A DNA stretch of 64,000 bases from the human T2T-CHM13v2.0 reference genome, Homo sapiens. The position numbers and the translations under genes were made by a program. Each line of letters begins with the position of its first letter. Within the stretch, counting starts at the first letter, position 1. The stretch lies in the NCBI RefSeq assembly GCF_009914755.1, contig NC_060935.1. One strand, given 5' to 3'. This document shows, one piece after another, positions 44,881 through 59,129 of this stretch. The notes beneath the pieces are model-generated. The model worked only from the letters and a program-made list of their open reading frames with translations, made no database searches and was not told the origin of the DNA.

Positions 44881-47800
44881 AAGAACAGGTATTATTATTC
44901 TACTCCATATATTCATTGAGCTAAAGTAAAGAGTGAGCATATCAGCTAGAGATATTGATAGTATTTTAAAAGATCTACATTTAACTCTTAAAAATGAAAA
45001 CTACAATGTTTGAGAAAAATTACACTGGATGGAATTAATAACAGATCATACACCGCAGAGGACATAATTAGGGAACTTGAAAGCATAGAAATGGAAAGAA
45101 GCTAAAATGAACCAGTAAGAGAAAAAGAAGACTGGAAAAAAAAAAAAAAAAAACAAACAAAAACAGCTTCAGCGAGATGTTGGTCTATTATATGGAAAAT
45201 TGGAAACCTAAAGTAAAGAAGTTAAAGCAGGTTTCAGGAAAATTATTTAAGAAAGTAATGGCCTAAATATTTCCAATATTGATAAAAATTATAAACTTAC
45301 TGATACAAGAAAATAAATGAACCTTAAGCACACACACACACACACACACGTGCGTGCGCAAGGCCACATGAATGGACATTATAAATAAATTTCTTGGAGT
45401 CAAGGTAAAAAGAAAGTATGTAAATCAGACAGATATAAAAGACACATTACATACTAACATACAAAGATTATAATGGCCGCATACTTCTTTGAAACCATAA
45501 AAGCCAGGAGGCAACAATGCAACATCTTGAAAGTATTGCAAAGACTAAAAGGCCAATCCATAATTCTAATCCCTAAAAAAAGTATCTTTCAGGAATAAAG
45601 TAGAAATAAGGACTTTTTCAGAGGTGCCAAAGCTGAGATAATTTATTAACTGCAGACCTTCCTGACAAGAAATATTAACAGAAGTCCTTCAAGCAGAGGA
45701 AAAATGACATCAGGTGAAAATCTGACTCAATACAAGGGAATAAAGAATCCTAGAAATTGTAATTACATTTGTACAGATAAAATATTTTTTATTATTTAGG
45801 TCTCTTTAAATGATAAATGACTATTTAAATAAAAATTCATGTATATAGTGAAGTACACTATAAGTACAACGTACACAGAAGTACCTTGCATGATAAAAAT
45901 AGGATAAAGTCCAGGAGGAAGAAATGAAAATGTACTATTTCAAGGCTCTTATACTACATCTGAAGTGCTATTATATTATTTTAAGGTAGACACTGATGGG
46001 TTAAAGATGAAAAGTACAACTCCTAGAGCAATCACTAAAAAAAAAAGCAAAGAATTATAGTTGATAATACAACAAAGGAGACAGCATTGACTCAAAAAAC
46101 ATATTAAATAAAAAAAAAGAAACAAAAGAAAGGGATGAAAGATAGGAGAGAAGTAACAGATGTCACAAAAAGAAAATAAAAAGCAAGATGGTACTTAAAC
46201 CATACATATTTATCAGCACATTAAGTGTAAATGATTTAAATGTACCAATTATATGGTGTAGATTGCCAACTAGATACAAAGAAAAAAAAAGACTCATTAT
46301 ATGTTTCCTATGAGAAACACACATTAAATCTAAACATAAGTTGTTTAAAAGTAAAAAGATATAGAGGAAGGAATGAATAGATACAGCACAGGAGATTTTT
46401 AGGGCAGTGAAACTATTTTGCACGGTAGTGTAAGGGTGGCTATAACACATTATCATTTGTCAAAATCTACAGAACTGCACAGCAAAAACAGTAAACTTAA
46501 TGCAAATTGTGGACTTCAGTTAATAATCAGGTATTGATATTGATTCACCAATTGTAATAAATAATGCAAGATAATTATGATACAAGAAACTGTGTGAAAG
46601 AGAGGAGGAAGTGGAAGAAAGTTCTCTGTAATTTCTACTGGATCTTAAACCTAAAATTACACTAAAAGAAACTTGTTAATTTTCTTTAAAAAATTAATAG
46701 AAAAAAAGCATACTAATTGTAATAAAAAGGAAGTTGTATTGTCTATATTAATATCAGATAAATATATGTTATAATAAAAAGATTATTTCTTAATAAATGG
46801 ATAAATAAATGAATTCATCCAAAGGATGTATAATTCAAAACGTATATACACTTAACAGAGTTTTAAAACACATGAAACAAAAACTGATAGGAATGTAAGG
46901 AGAAATAGATACAAACACAATTCTAGTCAGAGATTTCTGTCCTATTTCTTAACAATTTAGAGAATAAGTTGACAGAAAATCACTAAGAACATAGAAGACA
47001 TGAACAGTATTGAACAAGAGCAGCATACAAGTTATTTTCAAGTGCACATGTATATTTACCAAGATAGACAATATGCTCATACATAAAACAAGTCTCAATA
47101 AATGTAAAAAATTCAGTTTAGATGAAATATATTCTCTGACTAGACAGAAATTAAATTGTAAATAAATATGAGAAAGATATCTTGACAATTTCTAAATACT
47201 TGGAAATTAATTAACATATATCTAAATAACACGTGAACTGAAAGAGAGCTAAAAGTAGGCTGTATTTGGAATGGAACAAAAATAAAAACTCTGAATACAC
47301 AAATTATAGAATACTTCTAAAATTGCGCTTGGAGGAAAAGTTATAGATATTAGAAAAGAAAGGCCTTAGAATAATGTTCAAACCTCTACCTTAAGAAAAC
47401 AAGAAAATGGAAGCACAGACTAAACCCAATGTTAAGTATAAACTAAAAGCTGGCTCTTTTAGAAGACGAATTAAATTGATAAATATTACTCAGACTGAGC
47501 AGAGAAAAAGGGAGAATTACACAAATTACTGATATGAGAATGGGAGTGGTGATATTTAGTATACATATAAAAGAAATAATAGAAAAAATATGAGAAAAAA
47601 CTTTATGACAACAATTTTGACAACTTAGGTGAAATGAATCCTTTGCAAGTCACAAAATATCAAGCCCACTCTTGGTATAATAGATAACTTAAATAGTCTT
47701 ACACCTGTTATAGAATTTCTATTTGTAGTTTAAAATATTTCCTCTCTTTTTCATTAAAAGCCAGATTCATATGACTTCAATGGTAATTTCTTTAAAAACT

Positions 47801-48930
47801 ATATGTAGAAAATGCTATCAGTTTTTTATAAACTCATTCAGGAAATTAAGGGGAAAGGAATATTTTATAACTCAATCTATGAGGCCAGTGTTATTCTGAT
47901 AACTGAATTTGAAAAAAAATGTTATAAGAAAAGATAACTACAGAGTGATATCCTTGTTGACCATAGGTACTAAAATTAAAAAAAAGAAGAGCCAATTTAA
48001 TCCAATAATATATACAAACAGTATCATGACCGAGGTGGGTTTATCTCAAAGAAACAAGATTGGTATAATATATTAAAATCAATCAATATAATTCACCGTA
48101 TTAACAGATTGAAAAAGAACAACTATTTGATCATCTTAATAGATGCGGAAAAAGCGTTCGACCAAATCTAACCTGCATTTCTGATGGGAACTTTCAGCTA
48201 ACTGTGAATAATGCAACAAGAAAATGTTTTCCAAATTAAAAAGTTTCTCTAAAAATCTTGCAACTTACGTCATGTTTAATGGTGAAAGGCCGAATGTTTT
48301 TGCTCTTAGATAGTGAATGAATAAATAAATTGTACTATGTACATACGATAAGATATACAATAAAATATTATCTAGCTATAAACGGAAATGAGCTGTTGTA
48401 CAAAAAGGCACGGATTAATCCTGAATGCATATTGCTAAGTGAAAAAAAAATCCAGTTTGAAAAATATACATACTGTGTAAGTCCAATTATATTATATTTT
48501 GGCATAACTATAGTAATGATAAGCAGATCATTGGTTGCCAGTGGTTTGTAGTCACGGGATGGTTGAATAGGTAAAGCGCATAGAATTTACTTAAGAAATT
48601 AAAACTATTCTATGTATTTTTTGAATACAACATTAAGCATTTGTCAAAAATCATAGAGCTTTACAGCACAAAGAGTAGTCTCAATGTATGAAAATCTAAG
48701 AAATCAATTGGGAGGTAGGTGGGTCCAAGAAGAGAATGCTGACTGTGACAAAAAAACTAAATGTATTACAAACACATGAAAAAAAAAATTCACTAAAGTG
48801 TGTAGAGAAATAAGGAGCCATAAACTTTGGAAGTGTGTGGAGTCTGTAAGACTGCAGGCAAAAGGAACTGTATGTAAGCACTGTCTTCTAATTCATAAAT
48901 TTGTTTCCCAAGGGGTATAGGCTGATGATT

Positions 48931-49229
48931 TTTTTTTTTTTTTTTTTTAAGAAGGAGTTTCAATCTTGTTGTCCAGGCTGGAGTGCAATGGCGTGATCTC
49001 AACTCACTGCCACCTCCACCTCCCAAGTTCAAGCTATTCTCCTGTCTCAACCTCCTGAGTAGCTGGGATTATAGGCATGTGCCACCACACCTGGCTAATT
49101 TTGTATTTTTAGTAGAGACAGGCTTTCACCATGTTGGTCAGGCTGGTCTTGAACTCTGACCTCAGGTGATCTGCCTGCCTCAGCCTTTCAAAATGCTGGG
49201 ATTACAGGCGTAAGCCACCACACCCAGCC
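48931..49229 (-). mobile_element. AluSp/Sq-like
   Basis: Antisense dimer. TSD AGGCT(G/A)ATGATT at 48919-48930 and 49230-49241. Confidence 0.95.
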
Positions 49230-51609
49230 AGGCTAATGATTCTTAAACCACTATTTATCCATACTGGAGTATAGTATAAACTATTTATCTATACTGGAGT
49301 TAAACTATTAAGTGAATTGATGTTAGATTGTGGAAGACAGGTTTTTTACCATTGAAATGGGAGGTTACAGACAAGGGAAGGGTTAAATGACCTGTGTGAT
49401 AGTTGATTGACATTGAAGACATCAATATGAACTCATGTTTAGCTTAATATAGATATAGGCAGTTGCATATAGAAATATTTAGAAATATGTGTATGTACAT
49501 TGGTTAGTACATACACATAAACCTTCTTGCTCTGTTAGCTGAGAGGGCCCAGGAGCAATGCCACCCCAGTAACATGAACACATCTAACACACAAATCTTG
49601 GTCTCTTATACCATTTTCCAATTAAAGAGAACAAGGGCTCCTTATAGAAATGGCTGATAATATGACTGGGAGGAAATGTACAAGATGAGTCTGGGGCATC
49701 TTGTACTTCTATAAAGTGAGAAAGTGCTTTTAAAAACCACCACAATGACAAGGGCATGCCAAAGTGATACAGGAACCAACTAAAAGAACTCCCAATGACC
49801 ACAGTTGGAACAAATTAGTATTGGATTACAAAACAAAGTACAAAATACATAGCTATGAGACCATACTGATATAAATTATTGAATAAATAAATAAATGAGA
49901 GAAAACAGAGAATTCAAATGATTTATATAGATAAACTGCCTTTAAGGACATTGTCCCTTCTTAAGTGTGGGCTGTGCATTTGACTTTCTTCCCAAGCATA
50001 TAGTATGGAAAGGAAGGGAAACAATAAAACTTTGTAGTAGATAAACCTAACGAACACCAAGGTTAATGTCAAACATTGGCATGACCAAAGGGAAGTAATT
50101 TATCTTCTCTGTGATTCAGTTTCATCATAAAGTGGAGATTTCAAAATCAAGCAGTCTGATTCCAGAGATTTTGCACACTTAATCATTCTGTTGGACTCTT
50201 ACCTAGAAAGTCTCAAAAGTGCATGAAATTGACTACCAAATTGGCAATAATATCACAGATTTATTTGTTCTGCTAAATTGTAAAATTGCCAACTTTTACT
50301 CAAAATAAAAAACAAAGAAAACAATGTCTGTGTCTTTCCAAGGAAAAGTCTACTAGTACCATGGCCAAATTACTTAAATCACTGTATCCCTACTTATGAA
50401 ATTCTCCCTGACCCGTCTATCCCTGCCAGGAATTTCAGTAATGTACCAAAAGACAGAAATATGTGACCATTCTCAAGGGCAATCTGATTAATTTTGCTAA
50501 GTGAAGTGTCTTTCTAGCCGAAGGTTATTCTTTAATGAGCAGCTACACATGCTATACTCTTGCTTTGTTGAATCTTAATTGCATTGACAAGAATATAGAA
50601 TGGACCAGGAGATTTGAATAACATTTATTCAATCTAGAAGGCTCCCCAAAAGTATTTTTACCCATGATTCATTTTCTCTGACCTTAGCCAAAGCAGGTTA
50701 TTCTACCCTTTCCACTCTGAATACATTTTTTCTTGGAGATAGAAACAAAAGTTTAGTCTCCTCTGTGTTGCTTGTCAGTATTTGATGCTCTGCCTCTGTT
50801 AGCAGATTTCTCCATTCTTTGATCTTCCTCTGCCTCTTACTATATCAACAAACAAAAAATTCCTTTTGGCCATTCTTAGAAAATTTTTAATCAAAAAGTT
50901 CATTTTATTTTTTATGCTACTATAAAACTTGCATTTACACCACACTTTTTAGTTATTTATTTTATCACCTATATCTATTTTTTAGAAAACATCTGAAATC
51001 TTTGAAAAAATCACTTGAAAACTTGTCCTCTTGGTATGAACTGATGTTGTTTCATGTTCTTAGAACTATCTTTCCCCAGACTTTGTCTAACTTACTCCTA
51101 CTCATTCCTTAATTCCCCAAATGGACTTTACCTGCTAAGGGCATCTCCTTTCAAGTCCAGATTAGATGCTCCACATACATGTACGGTGTCATCATCAAAT
51201 TTGCCCTATACATCACTTGTGACACTAGGTTTTTATCACCTCTGTTCTTCTCTATATTCCATATTAGATCAAAAACTCTACAAGGAGAGGCACCCTGTCA
51301 ACAGCACCAAGCATAGTATCTGTCATAAGCAATAATTTACATTTTTATTGAATGAATGAAGGAAACATGGGGCATTATTTGTGTACCCCAAATCCTCCAT
51401 GATACAACTTGCAGTGTATTATTAATCTCACAGTCAGATTGCTGTTATGAGAGCTTTCTAATGCAATATACCTTCCCTTCATAACTTCCCACTAAAAAAA
51501 TCATATCTCTCTTTTGTATGAATTTAGAAAGCCCTGCTATCCAAAATACTAAGGGACAGGTATGCCTTTTTACCATTTGCCCTCTATCACAGTTTCTAAA
51601 ATTAAATTG

Positions 51610-52198
51610 TTATTTTTTTATTATACTTTAAGTTTTAGGGTACATGTGCACAACGTGCAGGTTAGTTACATATGTATACATGTGCCATGTTGGTGTGCTG
51701 CACCCATTAACTCATCTTTTAATTTTAGGTATATCTCCTAATGCTATCCCTCCCCCCTCCCCCTACCCCACAACAGGCCCCGGTGTGTGATGTTCCCCTT
51801 CCTCTGTCCATGTGTTCTCATTCTTCAATTCCCACCTATGAGTGAGAACATGCGGTGGTTGGTTTTTTGTCCTTGCGATCGTTTGCTGAGAATGATGGTT
51901 TCCAGCTTCATCCATGTCCCTACAAAGGACAAGAACTCATCATTTTTTATGGCTGCATAGTATTCCATGGTGTATTATGTGCTACATTTTCTTAATCCAG
52001 TCTATCATTGTTGGACATTTGGGTTGGTTCCAAGTCTTTGCTATTGTGAATAGTGCCGCAATAAACATACGTGTGCATGTGTCTTTATAGCAGCATGATT
52101 TATAGTCCTTTGGGTATATACCCAGTAATGGGATGGCTGGGTCAAATGGTATTTCTAGTTCTAGATCCCTGAGGAATCGCCTCACTGACTTCTCAATG
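51610..52198 (-). mobile_element. 5'-truncated L1PA4-type element
   Basis: L1 3'UTR and ORF2 end. No clear TSD. Confidence 0.93.
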
Positions 52199-52502
52199 TT
52201 CTTGTCGGTTTCAAGAACTGATGGTCAGATTAAGGATAGAATAGCACTGAAGATCCCTGATAAATTTCCCTGCTTCCCGGAAATGATATGTCAGCAAAGA
52301 AATTGAGGGCTTATTGTATAAATGAATGTCGAGCTTGTTTTTAAATAGTTGAGACCCCCTTTCACCCCTTTTCAGTCATTTGCTTATATATATTTATATA
52401 TTAAAAGTCAGCAGGAATATACTGTGTAAGCAGTAGATCGGGAATAGCATGAATGTATCATCTATAAAAGTTCAACTACACCTAAAATACAGTACTTTCG
52501 GG

Positions 52503-53160
52503 ATTCATTTATTAGTTCACATAACATGTACTGAATACCTACTATGTACTAACACTGTTCTTGGTGATTCAGTGATGAAAAGATAGAAAAAGAAAGGCTC
52601 ACCTCTCACAGATCTTACATCTTTGGAAAAAATAGAAAATAAACACTCAAAATATAATGAAGACATTTTAAAACTCAGGAGTATAAGAAAGACATAGAGC
52701 CAAATTGGCTATAAGAGTGGTATATATGTTTAGATAGAGAAATTAAGTCAAGCCTCTTTAAGAAGTTAAATTTAAGTCAATTCTTGAATATTATGAAAGT
52801 GCCAATCATGTAAATACCCTTGTATCCGCGAGAGCACCCTCTGCATCAGTCATTTTACTCTCTGCAGCCATAACCTTCTTCTGAACTACAATTCAATGTG
52901 ATCACAGTACTTCTTTGCTTAAAACTTGTACATGGCTTTCTTGGGTAAAAAGTCCAAATTTATTTATATTTATTAATGACTCTCCTCTATTTGCATCTTT
53001 CCCAAATCTCTAGCTCATTGCTTCTTCACTTTCTATTCTTTCTCTAATATTTAATATTCTAGTAAAAATTATTTTGGAGCCTTGAAGACACCATATTCTC
53101 CCGCATTTCTTATATTTTCTCTGCCTAGAACACTTACCCTCTTCTCAACGTATTTCCTCA
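52503..53160. mobile_element. Two L2 fragments in opposite orientation
   Basis: TACTGAATACCTACTATGT (antisense), then TTGCTTAAAAC...TCTGCCTAGAACAC (sense). Confidence 0.6.
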
Positions 53161-53389
53161 TTTTTGAACATTCATGAGCACTTTTTTATTTTCAGAAGTA
53201 GCAAAATATTTAATAATACCATTTCATTCATTAATGCATGGAGTAACATCAGTAAGGCATGCAGTTCCTTATAATTAACAGCTTTGGAATACATGAGCAT
53301 GAAAAGTTTCATCTTTTTGCGTAATATTAGATGATTCCACTTAAAATATTTTTGGTTTTGATGTGAGATTTTGCAGGCATGAAGCTTGG

Positions 53390-53464
53390 TTTTTTAAATT
53401 TAATTTAATTTAAGTTTCATAATACATGTTCAGGGCATGCAGATTTGTTACACAGGTAAACGTG
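53390..53464 (-). mobile_element. Tiny L1PA 3' terminus
   Basis: ATACATGTTCAGGGCATGCAGATTTGTTACACAGGTAAACGTG. Confidence 0.7.
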
Positions 53465-54047
53465 GAGTACTCTCTTTTTAAGAATTTGATTGCTATTAAT
53501 AAAACTGCTGTGAGCCTTCTAGTACATGTGTTTTTGTAGGCAGAAAACCTCATTTATATTAATTAAAATTCCTGGACCCTGGCATAGTCTTTTGGGAAGA
53601 TTTTTAGCTTCAGCTTCAATTTTTTTAAAAAATATATAAAGTATGTTTTATTTATATGTCTTAACTCAATTTTGGCAAGTTAAATTTTTATAGAGATGTA
53701 TAGATTTAGTCAGTATTAAGCTTCACAAAAACCTTGACTTTCTTATCCAGGGTATTGTAAGGGGAAAATAAAATAAATATCTTTCTACTTTTGTTTGGGG
53801 TGCATAATGTTCTGTTAGCATCTGTTTCACTAGGGTCTTTTATCCAGATTCTATTTTAAATTAGATACCAAGTTTATATTTATTTAAATAAAATAATCAA
53901 ATGAATCAACCAATCTATAATAACAAAAAATTATCATGTGTTTTTCCTGGTGCTTACAACTTCAAAGAAGTAATTACAGATATTTAAAACTATAAATCTC
54001 ATTATAAGATAAAAGTTTTGATTTCTAAAAAATATTTTTATTCTTAC

Positions 54048-54322
54048 CTCAGTCAGTTCTCAATTTCTTCCTAGACCAGAATTGCTTTCTATATCGGCAA
54101 TTAAATAGGATCCTGACCATCAGTGTCCTAAAATTTCTTCTGATAGAAAGATTTGGCTGTGTTCTTTCAAAGCAGACATAAATTGTGCTGAACAAAATAT
54201 CCACTAAGTAGATATTAATGTTACAATTTTTACAGCTATCCAAGTGGCTCCATCTTGTTCCTGCCAAATAGCACATCCAACCCACCTTCAGGAATATCTA
54301 GTCGAAGGACGAACCAACTTAT
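54048..54322 (-). pseudogene. Candidate decayed exon (275 nt, phase 1-0)
   Basis: Acceptor TTCCTGTTTGCATATACAG, donor GAG|GTAAGA. Reads KLVRPSTRYS*RWVGCAIWQEQDGATWIAVKIVTLIST*WIFCSAQFMSALKEHSQIFLSEEILGH*WSGSYLIADIESNSGLGRN*ELTE. Confidence 0.6.
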
Positions 54323-55405
54323 CTGTATATGCAAACAGGAATATGAAAAATCAAAAGGAAGTTATTGCATCTTATATTCTTCTTTCTGTATCTATCTTTT
54401 AGCACAGTGGTTGTCACAAGTACTCAGTAATTCTTGAAACAAAAATAAATTTAAACAGTTGGAAAAAGGCATAGAAGAAAGAGCATTTTCTCTTATTTCA
54501 ACTTCTCAGTAAGTTTGGCATGAAAAATAGATCTAGCAGAATAATTTAGTTACATATGCCCTTTTTTAATGCTATGAAAGCTTTCTGATGATATAGAAGT
54601 TTAGGAAACATCACCATCTTGAGTTACATCAAACTAACTATGTTTGGGGGATCCCAGGGTACATGTCTTTCAGAAGCAAAATTGTGGTTTGATTTGAAAA
54701 TACAGTGTTTATGAGACAAAGCCCAAATGTTGGGAGAATTGAACTTAAAACAAAAATTTTATTCTACACATTTGCTTCCATAATGATTCTTGTGAAAAGA
54801 AAGCTGAACTTTGGCATGATTAGATCCAAATGACCTTATTAGAAAAAATGTTGTATGGATGTTTAATAACATAACTTCCTGGATAATAAAGGGGTGTTAG
54901 AGTTTTAAAGTGCTCAGTAATTAGTCTATAATGCAATCAGTTAGAAATTGCATCTCAATGTTGCCAATTTCCATATAAACAAAATTCCACTATGTATATT
55001 TTTAAAAAGAACAACAAAAACCTTTGCTTGGGAATAGGCAGAGGATAACCATTTTCTTCTTCAAGGATGTGAAAACTTTTAAACACTTTTTATTTAAATG
55101 CAGAGATAAAAATTGTTTGGTTAAGGAGAAGGTCCATCTGTCAGATGAACAAGGTGACCTCCTGCCATTAAAAAGTACTAAGGCTAAAGCTGTTATATAC
55201 CAGATAATTTTGTACAAGCCATGAAAGATACAAGGCTTTCATTTTACCCTACGTCATCAAAACAAGGATTTAATTGTCTACAGTGTAGTTCAATTGATTC
55301 CAATAAAAAGTATCATTGATTATAATCTCTACGGAACTGGAAGGGCAACCATTTTTTATTTTATTGGCAGGCAAAATTGCGTTTTCTTCATCTCAGGTCA
55401 CTTAC

Positions 55406-55651
55406 CACCCAAATTAGCAATTGTTAATAGAACCAGATCATTAGTTTTTGCTGTACTGATTTCCGTGTCACTGCCTGAGTGCACATTTCAATGGATAGAG
55501 GATATTCCAGGATGGCCTCTTGTACATGAGCAAGAAGTCTGGTGAGTTTTGATAAATGGCTCCATTTAGAGCATGAAGAATGACCTAACTGAAAATGCTG
55601 ACCACTGAATTGGGAAGGCTAATGACCAAGAATAAAAAGTCTAGTTCATAT
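55406..55651 (-). pseudogene. Candidate decayed exon (246 nt)
   Basis: Acceptor TTTTTCTTCTATTTATTTGATAG, donor GTG|GTAAGT. One frame ends in phase 1, matching the 54322 exon. Confidence 0.55.
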
Positions 55652-55719
55652 CTATCAAATAAATAGAAGAAAAACTAAATTATTCAAGATAAGGCAAATA
55701 ATAATAATGTTAATAATAA

Positions 55720-55900
55720 AATAGTAATCATAATCACACAACAAAGAGTTACCAATTGAGAACCTACTCTGTTCCCAGCCATATGTTAAATGATTTGCAA
55801 ACATGAGTTTGATTAACCCTCACAATAACATAATAAAGGAAATGTTATAATTTCAAATTTAATGATGAAGAAACTGAGGCTTTGAGGCAATAATACAATT
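55720..55900 (-). mobile_element. MIR
   Basis: CCTCACAATAAC...GATGAAGAAACTGAGGCT. Confidence 0.85.
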
Positions 55901-57537
55901 AAAAGTATTACATGTGGAGAGCACAAAGCCCAAACTCCTTCTGACTGCTCAAGATGCCAAATTGCTGTTGACTAGTAATGCATAGAAATGTTTTCTTCTC
56001 TGTTACTATGTATGCATGTGTTTTGTTTGTTTGCTATTATTGTTCATGGAAGTAATTCTATTCATTGCCAGTATCTCTTGCTTAGATTGTAAGGTAATTT
56101 AAAAATTAATAAGGTTATAGTAGAGAATGAATTTTGTTTTAAAGAGAATGGCTGAATAAATGAACAAATGTATAACCTATGGTTTTCAGCAAGAATATAA
56201 ACATTGGTTGACATTACCAAGATCTCATATAAATCAGGTAGAATCTCACCACCGCCCCCCCCCCCCCCCACCAAATATTACATCTTCGGATTTTTTTTCT
56301 CTCTTATTACTTCCTGGGTATCCATATATTGTGTTGTTACCTTAAATATACTTTGACTTTTCAGGAAAACATGAAAGTTTAAAGTGTACTTCAAACCTAT
56401 GTTGTTCAGGGGTCAACTGTACTTTGTTATTAGCTTTTGAAACTCAAAGCCTTAAGGTAAATGGCTGCAAATACACTTTCAAGTAGACCAATTTACTTCT
56501 AGATCATTTTGTAGAGGTGTAACCATCATGGTGGAGGGATAAATGCTTCTGCGTGGAAAGGGAAATGGAAAGAATGGAACAAATAATACAGAAAAATCAC
56601 TCAGTCTTATTATATAAGCAGTTTTTTTAAAAAATTCATAATATACCTGGCCATAGATAGTGCTCCAGCAAAGGTATAATCTCTTCCAAGTACAGAACAT
56701 AAAATTAAAACACACATACACACATATACTACAAAACAGAATATATATATTATATACTTAATTAAAAATTAAAAACATATGCTTAATTTGACAAAATATT
56801 TAACACTGTGTTCCTTCAAAGCATTGATTATATGTCTATTTTATTTTATTAACTTGCCTCAGGCAAATTCATTATCTCTTGACACCGCGTCTCTCTCTCT
56901 CTGCCTCACTATCTTATGTCCTAGCAAATATTCTACAAAAGGAGCTTTTCTGCCCAAGGCCTTGTGTTCATTTTTTGATAACACTCTCTCTGCTTCCATC
57001 TTCATTCATAGCCAAATAGACATCAAACTGCAGTGCAGGAACAGGCACTAGGGCCCCATGGGCCATCAAAGTGGGTGGCTGAGTGTGAGTAGATCAAAGA
57101 TGTCATCTCAGATGAATGAATGTAGCATAGGAGGTACAATAACCAGAGAAAAGGTGTACTGAATACCACCAGAGGCATGAAAATGAAAAGATCCTTTAGG
57201 TGGCTACAGAAAACAATTTGTGCACAAATAGTGTGTGTAATGGAACAGAAACCTTATCAGGAGGAACCATTACAGTTAAGAGGATATCTGCTAGGAGGTA
57301 TTTTTTGTTGACCCCCCACAGTAGTGAACCAGATGTCCCTGAGGTACACAAGCCTTTGTTCCTATTTTTCAGAAATATGTTGGATGTGGTAGCTGTGGAG
57401 TAGTGTCCATTCATTGCTTTAGTAAGTGTTTACTGAATATTTAATGTGGATTCAGTAAAATATGTAAAATGTGGTCTTTGACTTCAAGGAAACCCTGAGG
57501 GTAATTGAAAAACGAAGGCATGCACACACCAAAATAA

Positions 57538-58084
<547 letters not shown>

Positions 58085-59028
58085 GCCTCAAAGCATTTTC
58101 TAATCACTCTTGGAGGCTAGGATCTAAATCTCTCAGTTATCTACAAATAGTATACCATGTAAAGGATTGTATGCTGAAGATGTTTAATTTTAGAATGAAC
58201 AATAAGGACTGAATTTGCCTTTCTATTTTTCTATCATGAAAAACATAAAATAAAGTTATTCCAGGGTATAATATTTCAGTATTAGCATAAGTAATATATA
58301 GCCTAAGTAATGTTTTATTAGGAAAGTAAACTTGTCATATAAAAGTCATATGATTAACTTAAAAGCTGCAAACAAATGATTTCTGGATGGTGTATTTTTT
58401 TCATAGTTTATTTCCATTAGCAAGAATTATTAAAAATTAGCCTTTTTTCATTTTCATTGCATGTTCAAAATTACTCCTTATAAGGCTAATTGATTTGAAG
58501 TGGATATACAGGCAGAATGACTAAACAGAATTGTATGTCCTAAAACCATCTTTATGTGAAGTTTATTAACTTATTTATTTAAAGAGATAGTTGAGAAAAT
58601 AATTTAATATAGTGGTTTGACTCACAGTTAATAAAACAAGTTGCTTAATTCTAATTATTCTTAACTTTTTAGTTACCTTTTATAACTATATACATGAAGA
58701 TATATAAGAATTGTAGATATGTGATTATATAGGAATTATATAGTCCTTCAAATATATGGTAATATATATAGGGTTACAGTGGTATCGCTCTTTCAATACT
58801 TTACAAGGTTAAACTTACATGTTTAAAGTACTTAGCACAGTTTCAAAGATTTACTTAGTAAACACTGAAGAGATGATAGCAGTTAACATAAGCACCACTT
58901 ACCTGGAAGACACTGTGCTGGGCGATGTAGATAAACTAAAAACTCTCAGAATAATGGAAGAAGATATGTATATTAAATGATTACTCAAGAAATATAAGCA
59001 TAGGAAAAGTGAGTACTCATAAACTTAC

Positions 59029-59129
59029 TTCTGCATAATGGTGGTGGGAACCATAAGGAAAAATTTACTTTGATGAAAAGAATCAATATGTTTGCCCAGA
59101 ATAATGGTTCAATGAAGCATTACAATTGC
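59029..59129 (-). pseudogene. Candidate decayed exon (101 nt)
   Basis: Acceptor TATTTCTTCCAG, donor GAA|GTAAGT. Confidence 0.45.

Larger units (their letters stand above)
42735..50060 (+). mobile_element. Long, old L1M relic (5'UTR, ORF1/ORF2 remnants, L1MC/MD 3' ends) hosting several nested insertions
   Basis: A-rich L1 sense motifs (CTATGAGGCCAG, ATAGATGCGGAAAAAGCGTTCGAC) and L1MC/MD 3'UTRs at about 46350-46700 and 48310-50060. Confidence 0.75.

Noticed and set aside
49250-49300. Short direct repeats with spacers (also 2144-2163, 8333-8368)
   Set aside because: Two-copy slippage duplications, not CRISPR-like arrays.
51595-52215. Possible TSD around the L1PA4 fragment
   Set aside because: Only a weak ATTGTTATT/AATGTTCTT similarity, which is not supportable.
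57196-57414. ORF with LLADILLTVMVPP, reminiscent of olfactory receptor TM7
   Set aside because: There are no MAYDRY, KAFSTC or PMLNP motifs and no 1-kb single-exon frame.
58895-58910. Perfect minus-strand donor CAG|GTAAGT
   Set aside because: It lies in what looks like an L2 3'-end relic, with no matching acceptor or coding-like upstream sequence.
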